Assembly (NCBI RefSeq): GCF_006345805.1
Contig: NC_043012.1
Coordinates: 40,300,001 to 40,364,000 of the forward strand
Length of the DNA: 64,000 nucleotides
Source: Octopus sinensis
Lineage: Eukaryota
Direction: 5' to 3'
The notes below the pieces were generated by a model. That model did not search any database and was not told the DNA's origin. It saw only the letters and a list, made by a program, of their open reading frames with translations. A program made the position numbers and the translations under genes. Below, piece after piece: positions 45,301 to 58,326 of this stretch; the stretch's first letter is position 1; the number at the start of each line of letters is the position of its first letter.

Positions 45301-48014
45301 CAGGAGCAATATATTCAGAATTCGGAAAACTAAAAATTGTCGAGGATAAATTAAATTTATTGTTGTTAATGAATATGTTAGTGTTATTTCATTTCTGAAG
45401 GGGTTTGCTGCTGTTTTTGTAGTTTGATTTCTTTATCCATCAGTTTCTACTAAGATAGAGATGTGAGTAAAATTAATAATAGAGAAACTAAAATAAAACT
45501 TCGGAAACAGCAACACTGCCATCACTTACGTGGAAACCAAGAGAGTGATTTCAAGGGAGATAATCAGAGAAAGACTCTAAAGTCAATGTAAAATCGTAAT
45601 CCTTCATGTAAAAGTAAATATAACAAATAATCCAGAATCCTTGTCCAGTATTGGATCGATCCCAAAATCTAATCAGTTCATGCCAGTCACAGGGCCAAAT
45701 ATCCCTGAAAGTTTCATCTGAATCCATCCAGCGGTTCTTGAGATATTCTTGTCCACAGACAAACAAACAAACATGACTGAAAACAATACCTCTGCCTTTG
45801 CTGTGGTGGAGGTAATAATGATAACGGCTTTGAATGTTGGCACAAGGCCAGCAATTTTAAAGGGAGTGGGGTCAGCTAATCACATTGACCTCTGAAAGGA
45901 TAAAGGTAAAACAAACCTCAGAATAATAATAAAAATACTACTAATAATAATTCTTAGTTCTTTATTAGATCCATATATAATAATGACGTTGATAAATGTG
46001 AAAAAATCAAAGCATTTTTTTCGGTATTTTTTCCTTACAAAATATCATTTTTTTAAGTAAAACAGACATTTTTTTTTTAAAGTTTTTCACAATTTTGTAT
46101 TTTTGTTTTAAATAATAAAAAAAAATCAAAACAAAACAAAGAAAAAGGGTTTCGTGTGAGGAGGGAGTCTCATGGGAATGGTCAGTAAAAGACTATCAGA
46201 GTCTCTCGCACTGCAACGACCAATAGCAGCAATAATAATAATAATAATAATAATTATCCTTTTTTTCTTTTATTTGCAACAAGGGCGACAGACAACGAGG
46301 TTGGATGGGAACATTACAAAAGGGGAATTAAGCATAAAGCCTCAAATTAAGGGGAGGGGGTATATTCACTTATATATCAACCCTGCCTCCCTGCCCTCCA
46401 CAATACTGGACTTGCTGTTTTGTTTTATCAACTCCCTACTCCCTTACTTACTCCTGGGACAAAAGAAGATGGATGAGGGGTAAAGTGAACCCTACAGAAG
46501 AGGATTCAAACACGGATGTCGGGGGATGGAAGGAATCTTGCACCATTTTTGCCAATCCTCATTCTTACCAAATAAGCCTTTCCACTATAAGCACAAGGGC
46601 CTGAAATTCTCAGGAGAGGGGACTAATCAATTACCTCGACCCCAATGTTCAACAAGTGTTTGATTTCTTGTTCCTCAAAAGATGAAATTCAAAGTCAGCC
46701 TCGGTGGAATCTGAACTCAAGATGTAAAACTACAAGAAATGTAGCTTTGCATTTTGTCCTGTCTGCTAAGAATTCTGGAAGCTTGCCTCCACCAACCCAA
46801 TTAATAATAATAATAATAATAATAATAATGGTTTCAAATTTTTGGCACAATGCCAGCAATTTTAGGTGATGGGGTAAGTCAATAACATCAACCCCAGAAA
46901 CTCAACTGGCAAATACTTTATCAACCCTGATGGGATGAAAGGAAAAGTTCACCTCAGCAGGATTTGAACTCTGATCACGAGTTATACCTTAAGGCATTTT
47001 GTCTGATGCTCTGACCATTCTGCTAATCCACTGCGGTGTGCATAATAATAATCCTTTCTATTATAGGCACAAGGCCTGAAATTTTAGGGGAAGGGGACAG
47101 TCGATTACAGAGACCTCAGTGCATAACTGGTACTTAATTTATCGACCTTGAAAGGATCAAAAGGCAAAGTCGACCTCGGAAGAATTTGAACTCAGAATGT
47201 TGCGGCAGACATAATACCACTAAGCAATCCACTTGGTGTGCTAACGATTCTGCCAGCTTGCCGCTTTATATAATAATGATGATGATAATAATAATAATAA
47301 TAATTTCTTTTAAGGGCAGCAAAAGCTTCAGATGGGGACAATACAAGGATGAAATTGAGAGTACAGATACAGAACTTAAGTGTTGCAGAGTGAACATCTT
47401 GTGAGTTCACCCCTCCCCTTCCCCCACTCCCTACCTGGTTCATATTTCTTCAACCGTGGCCAGATTTAAAGGGAGGGAGTTCAACAAGGGAAGGAGTAAG
47501 TTAATTACATTGATCCCTGTACTCAAATGGTATTCTATTGACCATTGGAAAGATAAAAAGGCAAAGCCAACCTCAGCAGGATTTGAACTCAGAATGTAAG
47601 GATATGGATGAAATGATGCCAAGCATTTCGCCCAGTGTGCTAACAATTCTGCCAGCTCATTGCTTTGATGATGATGATGATGACGATGATAATAATGTGG
47701 ATTTCTATAAAAAAAATAAAAAGTAGATTCAATTGAAATGTATCCCTCTATGTCGTGCTTTCTTCCCTGACATACAACAGGTATACAACAGGTATTTTAA
47801 AGTTTATTTACCACAAAAAAAAGTGAAGGTGATGAAAGGTGGGTGAAAACCATAGTCAAATGTTCACCTTCTCTGTACCCCAGGGCAAACTGAAATGGGT
47901 AAGTGGAGGGGAGAGTAATTAAAAAAGGATTAACTGTAAGATAGTTCTGCACCTCAACTGAATCGACAAACTTGCCACCACAATGATGTTGATAATAATA
48001 ATAATGATAATAAT

Positions 48015-48230
48015 CCCTTCTATTATAGGCACAAGGGCCTGAAATTTGTGGGGAGGGGACTAGTCGATTACATTGACCCCAGTGTGTAACTGGTACTTAA
48101 TTTATCGACCCCAAAAAGATGAAAGGCAAAGTCGACCTCGGTGGAATTTGAACTCTGAATGTAGCGGCAGACAAAAATGCCACAAAGCATTTTGCCTGGC
48201 TTGCTAACGTTTCTGCCAGCTCACCACCTT
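48015..48230 (-). mobile_element. SINE family B with AAT tail (representative copy). More than 15 copies, e.g. 610, 850, 12430, 28962(+), 29205(+), 47050, 51330, 53340(+), 58870
   Basis: Recurrent gagctggcagaaacgttagc...ttctgagttcaaattccgccgaggtcgactttgcctttcatcc...gtaccagttacacactggggtcgatgtaatcgact. Confidence 0.85.
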
Positions 48231-48501
48231 AATAATAATAATAATAATAATAATAATGTTTTATTGACCACAAGGGCCCAATATGTTGGGGACAACACAA
48301 GGACGAAATATAAAAATGTCCAGGAAGGGATTTAAACATGTAAAAATAACAATAAAGTCATTCAGGCAATTAAAATTAGATTAAGAAAGAAAGAAGAAAA
48401 GCGGAAAAGAGGAGTAGTGTGAGTGAGAGTATTGGCGAGTTTTTGTTTTTGTTTTGGTGAAAAGAAAAAAAAAAATAAACAATGTGTGACAATAAGTTGT
48501 G

Positions 48502-48533
<32 letters not shown>

Positions 48534-50513
48534 GATCGCGATGGTAGAATGATGTTTCATGAATTAGGAAAAAAAAAATAAGCAAAATTTATATTTATGT
48601 ATATACATACATAAATATATACATATGCATATTCACTGATGTCTGTCAATGTGTGCGTATGTGTATGTACTTATATATATATATTTATATATATATATAC
48701 ACACATAAATACACATACATTTATTCAGATATAAATATATATGTGCATGCATATATATATACACACACATACATATTCATATATAAAAAGTAAAGTTCTT
48801 CTCAAGTCCTTTCTCTATTGTAATAGTTGTAGTAGTAGCAGAAGTAGTAATCATGGTGATAGTATCTGTGGGTCACAAATGGCTGGTCACCTGGCTGGTC
48901 AATAGTTAGCAAGTTTATGGAAACCAACTGGAAATCAAAAAGAAAATATTTATTTATAGAGGTTTACTGGTGCACATGTACTTATGAATGTATAATTTTG
49001 ACAGAACAAATTTTAATAAAACAGAAAAATAGCAAATTTTTCAGTGGGGAAAAATCAACTTTATACCCAAGATGGAAATACATACAGATTGACCCCAAAA
49101 TGTGATTTGGTTTAACCTACCATTCACTCAGAATGTGAAACATTAAATTTTTAAAAACATCCTAAAATTATTAGTTTCTGAAACTTCTCTGTTGGAAGAA
49201 AATTTTCTGTTAAGTTATTCAATGGACAGAATGTTAAGATTAGTTTCAGCTGTGTATCTTTTATTGGCTGCATAATTTCAATAGCAACAATGCAAAGCAT
49301 ATCCAGTGATCATATATTCAGGGTTAATATGATTGGCTTTGTGTCCAGTGATCAAAACAATCAATGCCCTGGTACCCCTCCCTTATAGGGAGATAATTAT
49401 AGTTGAAAGTCTGTTCAGATTTCAACAGTCAGATGCTTTCCCCGTCACTGACCCTTGTTGGTTTTCTGGGTGATGGGTCTTTGGAAATGCAGAGCATCCA
49501 ATCGTTGATGTCAACAAGGAATAATCAACATCAGCAATGCTTCATTCAAATGGTGACAAGTGAAATGTCAACATTCGTGTCCACGGATCCATACACGCAA
49601 TGGGCTCAATACGGTTTGTCATAGGATCCTCCCTTACAAGGCATTGGTTGACCTAAAGCAACAGTAGAAGGTATTCACTTAATGTGCTGCACAAGGGGAC
49701 CAAATAGGAATAAATTGGTGCATCAAGTCATATAGTATTTTCCAGGATACAGGGCAAATTTTTCAGACCAAGCTTTTTACAATTAAGTAACATTAATTGA
49801 CATACACACCAAGATGACTTTGGATGAACAAAAATTCCATGTGAAATGCAACAGGATTTTGAAGTAAAATGATGATATTTGAAGGTTTATAGTATATGCC
49901 ACATCAACTTGAGTGCCAGAAAATATGGTAAAAGCTAACGTATAAAAAAAAGTGAAGGCACATGGCTCAGTGGTCAGAACATTGAGGTAAGGAATTTGAT
50001 TCCCAGACTGGGATGTGTATTGTGTTCTTGAGCAAGACACTTTATTTCATGTTGCTGGGATCCAGTTCATTCACCCATAGAAATGAATTGCAATGTCACT
50101 GGTGCCAAGCTGTATCGGCCTTTCCCTTGGATAACATCAGTGGCGTGGAGAAGGGAGACTGGTTGCCATGGGCGACTGCTGGTCCTCCATAAACAACCTT
50201 GTCCAGACTTGTGCCTCAGAGGGTAACTTTCTAGGTGCAATCCCATGGTCATTCACAACCAAACGGGGCCTAACCTAGTCCTTTAATAAATACAAATGTA
50301 CAAAATACATACCAGAATAAACTAAAAATTGGAGTTAAAATGATTGACTAAAATCCTTAAATGGTGGTTCCCCAGCAGGAAGACAGTAAGAGAGTATGGA
50401 GGAGAAAATGAAGAGTTTGGAGAAAAAGAGAGGAAGCTTTTAAGATGACTGTTCAAAATGTGTTGGATATGGTTATAGAGGAATCGTGTTCTGTGAATGT
50501 CATAAACTCACCT

Positions 50514-50704
50514 TTAAAAGAGACCACAGTCTTTCAAATTATTCTTGATAATAACATCAGTGACCACATCAAACACAAACTGGACGTTATTGGTGTCTGT
50601 GGCACAAGTGAAGTGCGTGTAGATTTCCTTCTCCTCTTTCCGTTTGTTTAGGTTTTCAAACTGGAGTTGTATGTAAGCTGCGGACTCTTCGTAAGTATTG
50701 CCGC
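50514..50704 (-). CDS. GNAI: Galpha-i last coding exon [12 protein letters not shown]...TCATDT...[10 protein letters not shown]
   Basis: tttccag acceptor; TAA at 50516-50514; Cys four residues from the C-terminus (pertussis-toxin site in Gi/o). Confidence 0.97.
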
Positions 50705-51231
50705 CTGGAAATAAATAGAGGGGAAAATAGTAACAACAATAACAACAACAACAATTTGTTTATTTGCCAGAAGGGTAACACGTGAATGAAACATTATCAG
50801 GACTAATTACAAAAATTGGGGAGACTTTATAAAGCAGGGAATTCTCAATTGTTTTAATATCTGGGTCAGATACAAAACCTAGTTTTTTTTTTTAGGGGAC
50901 TCGCACTAAAAAAAGTTTATATTTATAGAGAGAAGACCCTCGGGGTCCACTGGGGGGGATGCTTGAGGGCCACATGCATCCATGGAAGCTGCAGCAGAAA
51001 ACCACTGGTCTATAATAGCATACAAAAGGTGTGGAAGATGTCCCCCAAAAAAGGGGCAGCTACTTGCAGCTAAACAACCAGCTCACAGGTTGGGATTACC
51101 CTCTCCCAGCTTATTGTCTCAGTCTCAAGCCTTTTGTTAAGGTTTCAGTTAACACAAAGGATGGGGGTGTGGTGGGGGGAGAGAAAGACCCAACTAAAAA
51201 GTGGTATTTTCTTATCCTTATGGACCACTGA

Positions 51232-51268
<37 letters not shown>

Positions 51269-52448
51269 GTAATAATAATAAGAATAATAATAATAATAAA
51301 AATAAAAATAAAAATAATAATAATAATAACCCTTTCTACTAAAGGTTCAAGGCCTGAAATTTTGGGAGAGGGGACTAGTCAATTACACTGACCCCAGTGT
51401 TTCACTGGTATTTAATTTATCAACCCTGAAACGATGAAAGGCAAACTTGACCTCAGTGGAATTTGAACTCAGAACGTAAAGGTGGATGAAATATTGCAAA
51501 GCATTTTGCCCGGCGTGCTAATGAATCAGCCAGCTTGCCACCCCAGTACACAATTTATCAACCCCAAGAGGATGAAAGGCAAGTTGACCTCAGCAGTATT
51601 TGAACTCAGAACATATCAATGGGCAAAATACCACTAAGCATTTCATCTAGCGTGCTAACGATCCTGCCAGTTCGCCACCTTAATAATAATAATCATAATA
51701 ATAATAATAAGGAACAAGGCCTAAAATTTTGGAGCAGGGGTGAGTTGATAATGTCCACCCCAGTACATAACTGGTACTTATTTCTATGATCTCAAAAGGA
51801 TGAAAGGTAAAGTCAGCCATGACCGAACTTGAATTCAGAGCCAGAAGAAATGCTGCTAGGCATTTTGTCCAGCATAGTAAGAACTCTGCCAGCTCAACAC
51901 CACCACCACCATAACAACAACAACAACAGCAACAGCAATTACCTTCGTACTCTGGGAAGCAAGTTGTGAGAGGAGAGTTTTTGATTTTGTCTTCGAATAA
52001 ATCTTTCTTGTTGAGGAAGAGCATAATGGAAGTGTCCAAAAACCATTTATTGTTGCAGATTGAGTCAAATAATTTCATACTTTCCATCATTCGGTTCTGG
52101 TTTGCAAGTTTTTTAAAAGGAGAGAAAGAAAGAAGAAAAAAAGAAAGAAAACAATTAATAAAAATGAACAAAAGTTTATTTTAAATTTTAAATTTAGTTG
52201 TTTAAAATACCATTCAGTTTCTTTGGTTTCTGGATCTCTTTGCCAGATGTTAAACAACAATGATGATGACTATATATATATCATCATCATCTACACATAT
52301 ACATATATGATGCTTCGAAGGCCAAAATTTCTAAGTCACTGTCAACGCTATTCTTGTTAAAGAATAAATTTGTACTTTACCAAATGTATTGAGTAACACT
52401 TGAAATTAATGTAAAATAGTTTTTATTATAACATAAAAACAAACATTA

Positions 52449-52479
<31 letters not shown>

Positions 52480-53265
52480 TCTCTCTCTTTCTCTCTCTCT
52501 CGCTCTGTCTTGATGTTGCCAAAGAGTTTGCAAATGAATATCACATTTAGAAACTGTGTTGTTTGTATCCAGTCTTCTGTGAACACATGTCTGGCCGTTA
52601 GGGGGGAATATTATTTTGCTTGGAAACAGGTGAGGGTTTGTGACAGGAAAAGCATGCAGCTGTAGAAAATCTGCCACAGCAAATGCCACCTGAGGCCATA
52701 GACGCATGGGAAAGCGGATTCTAAAACAATTCCGATAATGATGATGATGATAAATAATTTTGGTAATGACCCAATCCCATTATTTATTTTAATTCCAATG
52801 ATATGACCAAGTCTGGCCAGGATGAAGGAGAGAATGAAGAAGTGAAGAGAAGCACAACATTCCTTTCATAGTTTTCCCCCCAATTATTTCCGATTACAAT
52901 ACTTTAAGTGGAATGAAATTAAAAGTAACAAAAAAAAAAAAAGAAAAAAGACAAAGAAGAGAAAAAAAAGAGACAACCAAGTTTTAGAAGAGAAAAGAGG
53001 AACTAAATTGTTAACATTTGATAAATCTGACTGTTATTAATAAGCTTTGATAAAGGTTTCATATTTTGACACAAGGCCAGCAATTTCGGGGGGGGGGGAT
53101 GGGGGCAAGTAGATTAAATCAACCCCAGTGTTTAACTGGTACTTATTTTGTTGACCCTGAAAGGATGAATGGCTAAGTCAACCTTGGTGGAATAGACAAA
53201 TGAAATGTCATAAAGCATTTTACCTGGCATACCAACAATTCTGCCATCTTGCTCTACTACTACTA

Positions 53266-53298
<33 letters not shown>

Positions 53299-53299
53299 T

Positions 53300-53331
<32 letters not shown>

Positions 53332-53551
53332 TTATGGCATTGAGCTGGCAGAAACGTTAGCAAATCAGGCGAAATGCTTAGTGATATTTCTTCTGCCACT
53401 ACACTATGTTCTGAGTTCAAACTTCGCCAAGGTCGACTTAACCTTTCATCCTTTTGGGGTCGATAAATTAAGTACCAGTTGTGTACTGAGATCGATGTAA
53501 TTGATTTAACCCCTTCCCCTAAATTGCTGCTCTTGTGGCAAAATTTGAAAC

Positions 53552-53600
<49 letters not shown>

Positions 53601-56532
53601 TGTGTGTATTTGGATGCTGTGTGTAAAAAGCACCCACTACACTCATGGAGTGGTTGGCGTTAGGAAGGGCATCCAGCTGTAGAAACATTGCCAGATAAGA
53701 CTGTAGCCTGGTGCAGCCTTCTGGCTTCCCAGATCCCTGGTCGAACCGTCCAACCCATGCTAGCATGGAGAACGGACGTTAAACGATAATGATATATATA
53801 CATATATAAAATCCCCTAGCAGCCAGGGTATCACATTCACAATCACAAGATCGTTCTTTCAATTCCCAGACTGGACTGGCATGGCTGTATTTCTTCAGCT
53901 GCTACGTTCTTGAGTTCAAATTCTACCAAGGTCGACTTTGCCTTTCATCCTTGGGGGGAGGGGGGCGATGAAATAAGTACCAGCTATGCACTGGGGTCGA
54001 TGTAATCAACGAGTCCCCCCCACCAAATTTCAAGGCCTTGTGCCTGGAGTAGAAATAATAATAATAATCCTTTCTGCTATAGGCAATAGGTCTGAAATTT
54101 AGGGGGTCAGGACTAGTCATTCACATTGACCCCAGTGTTCAACTGGTATTTATTTTTATTGGCCCCGAAAGGCAAAGTCAATATCAACAGGATTTGAACT
54201 CAGAACATAAAAACAGACAAAATGCCCCAAAGCACTTCGCCCAGCATGCTAACGATTCTAATAAATACTGGGGTATAATTACAGTTTTAATTATCCCATT
54301 AGCCTGCCTGGCTCTCTGTTGCTTAGATTGATGGGTGTCCCACTTGACTCAATCAATGGAACAGCTTGCTTGTGGAATTAACACACAAGTGGCTGAGTAC
54401 TCCATAGACATGCATACCCTTTTAATGTAGTTCTCAGAGAAATTTGGTGTAACATAGAATGTAACAATGCTGGTTCCGTTTTGAACTACGGGTGTGCCAG
54501 TGGCAGCTCCCGTGCTGGTGACATGTAAAAAGCACCATCTGAACATGATCAATGCCAGTACCTGCTGCCTGGCCCCACGCCAGTGGCACGTAAAAAGCAC
54601 CCACTACACTCTCGGAGTGGTTGGCATTAGGAAGGGCATCCAGCTATAGAAACCTTGCCAGATTAGATTGGAGCCTGGTGCAGCCTCCTGGCTTGCCAGA
54701 CCTCAGTCAAACTGTCCAACCCATACCAGCATGGAAAACAGACGTTAAACAATGATGATGATGATGATGATGATCTCATTTTCGCCAGCTGAGTGAACTA
54801 GAGCAAAGTGAAATAGAGTGTCTTGCTCGAGGACACAACATCCCACCAGGAATTAAATTCATGTCCTTATTATGATTGTGAACTGACCATCCCAGCGGCT
54901 AAGCTATGGGCTTTTCCATCACAGAATAGACATTTGTGTGTTATTATTATAATTATGGCTGGGTTCCAGCCTGGGCTGAATAAAAAAGGTCAACCCCAGT
55001 GGGATTTGAACTCAAAAGTGCAGAGAGTTGGATTAAATATGCAAAGTATTCTACCTGATGCTTTAACATCTCTGCCCCTTTGCTGCCTTATTTGTGTATA
55101 TGTATGGGTATGGTGTGTGTGTGTGTGAGAGAGAGAGAGAGGTATGTGGTATAAAAAATCTTTTTGAGAGAAACTCACCATTTCTTGGTCCTCAGCTAAC
55201 ATCAAGTCATATTCACTCATGGCCACAATGAAGATTATAGCTGTGACACCTTCAAAACAGTGAATCCATTTCTTCCTCTCAGATCGTTGACCTCCAACAT
55301 CAAACATTCTAGAAATAGACAGAGAGAGAGAGAGAGTGAGGGGATGAGTGAGAATGAGACAGAGAGACAGAGAAAAAGAGAGAGTTTTAATGAATGGGTT
55401 TGAGAGAATGAATGAATAAGAACATATTCTAAGCTGTATGATCAAAGGTGGTGCTCCAACCATGACCATCAAGTATTTTTCTAAGACACAATGTATCTAT
55501 GTCTACATTTTCCCAGTGTATCCCTTTTTTTAAGATAGAAGAGTGTGATATGAGGGAGGTTTGGTTGTTCTATTTTGAAGTTTGAAAGACAATGGCATTG
55601 GTGATTATAGTAACTGCATTTCCCAACCACATGGTTCCAGGTTCAGTCTCACTATATGGCACCTTGGACGAGTGTCTTCTACTATAGCCTTGATCCAACC
55701 AAATCCTTGTGAGTGGATTTGGTAAATGGAAACTGAATGAAGCCTGTCATATATATATATATGGATGTGTGTGCGTGTGTACACATTTGTGTCTGTGTTT
55801 GTCCCTCCACCATCAGTTCAGCAAAGGACACAGACAGAATAAGTACCATGTTTTATAAAAATAAAAACCATAAATACTGGGGTAGATTTGTTTGACTGAA
55901 ACTCAAGGCAGTGCCCCAGCATGGCCACAGTCTAATGACTGAAACAAGTGAAAGACAAAAGCTAAAAGCTAGTGACTACAGCTAATTGCATAACAATTAG
56001 AAGAAAGGAATAACGACTGTATCGCTGATGATATCAGTCTTAGATGAAGATTATTATTATTATTTAGCCCCTGGTCAGCTCTGATTGAGCAGACTAATGA
56101 TCATAGGTGTTCCAGCCATGGCTATCTCATCTTTCCATTTCTTTTTTCATATAGCATAATTGAACAAGTTCACTTCTTGTAAGATACTAGGGTTTAATCC
56201 AGGGAAAAGAATTGACCCCTAATTCTACCAGGTTTAGTGATTACAACTATGATGTTCACAATGATGATGATGATGATGATGATGAGGAGGAGGAGGAGGA
56301 GGAGGATGACAATGGTGATTGTAAAGAGCAAGACTTACTTAAAGCGTAATTCCTTGAATGTAAAATGTGTCTCTACGATTCCAGTTGTCTTCACTCGCGT
56401 GCGTAGAACATCCTGTACATTTGGTATATAATTTGGTTGCGATATTCTCTCCAAGGCATTTAGGTAGCTGCAAAGAGAACAAGTGAAATAGTAAATATAG
56501 CAAAATAGTGTGTATATTATATATATATATGT

Positions 56533-56566
<34 letters not shown>

Positions 56567-58295
56567 ACACATCAGACACTGTGTGTGTGTGTGTATTTAT
56601 AAATACACCAACACACAATCTAGAGATACACATATCAATACACCAGACATATATATATATATATATATATATTAATACACCTGCATACCCCACACATATG
56701 ATATCAAGAGCCACCACACAGCTACAAGTGTCTTACATAATACATATTCAAGCCATACAAAAATGTTATTTTATTTCCTACGGCTGTGTCCTGTGATTTA
56801 TTTTGTTGACCTGGGAAGGATGAAAGGCAAAAGTGACTTTGACAGGATATGAACTCAGAACAATAAAAACCCAGAATAAATATCTTGAAGCATTTTCACT
56901 GATGTCCTACCAGTTCTGCATCTCACCCACCCTGCACTTCTTTTCTCTAATTCTGCAGTTTCATGCAGTATTTTTATACAACAAAGACAGAAGGTGCCAG
57001 ATTGTGATGGTGGTGGGTTTTAATAATAAACAGGTGGAGTAGCAAAAGTGTTCCAACGATGTTAAGAACAAGTCTGGTGTTCATTTGGCCATTAGGCATT
57101 AATGGTTCTAAAGCGTAGACCCTGAACAAATTTGAAGAGAAAATAATCGATGCGTTTGAAACGTGGGTATATAGGAGAATGTTGGGATTCTTTTACAAGG
57201 ATCAATCGGACAAAAGAGCGACTGTTACAACAGGTTGGTGAAAGACAACTCCTGAACATTGTGAAAAACCAAAAGATCATCTAGAACGGCCATATCCAAA
57301 GAAGCAGAGGTCTGGAAAACATTATCATAGAAGAAAGAGAAGAGGGTAGAAGATGAAGAGGCTGACAAAGAACGCAATGGATGGACAATATAAAGAGATG
57401 GTTGACCAACAGAGGCAAGGCAGCCGGAGAACTCATGCTTAATCGGGAAGATTTTCATTATAATGTCATCAATGCGCTGCAGGCATATGATATGTGATAA
57501 CGATGGGTGTTAATTGGATTAATTGTATCCCCTCAGTATTATACTGGTACTTATTGTATTGATATCTCCCAGAGGGGTAAAAAAAGAGTCAATTTTGACA
57601 GGATTTCAATGAAGAACATGAAAAGATGTAACTGAACACCAATAGGCATTTTGTTGTTCCGACAATTCTACCAAATCCTTCTCTTTGTATTGTGAAACCA
57701 TTTAATCTCAGCTGCTCCCTTATTCTAATAGGGGGCCTTCATCACAATGGCAATATCACTTTCTGTGACACTGGTTGAGGCAGTGGTAGTGGAGTTGGTG
57801 GTGGTGGGAGCAGTGATGATGATGATGATGATGATGATGACAGTTGTGAAGCTGATGGTGGTGGTGGTTGTGATATTGATGATGATGGTGATAGTTGTAG
57901 TAGTAATGGCAATGATGGTTACGATGTTGGTGATGATGATGGTGGTGGTGGTTATATTCCCTCACAGACACTTTTTGCACATATAAACTCTGCTACTTTT
58001 ACACATAAACACACACACAATTTTATATTCATGCATACACACACACACACACAAAATGTCAACTAGCAACAGACACATCTCACTGTCCCACTTCTCATTC
58101 AACCTAAATTCATAAAAAAAAAAACAAACCCAAAAACCAAACAAAACAAAACAAAAAAACCAACCAAACCTAAAAGTTCTTACTAAACTAGGCGGTGATG
58201 ACCTGTTGCTGGTTGCTCCAGTGTGTGCAGTACATGTGTGTGTGTTTGTGTGTAAGACAACAGACATCCGCCACTCCTAACTTATTATGAACTAA

Positions 58296-58326
<31 letters not shown>

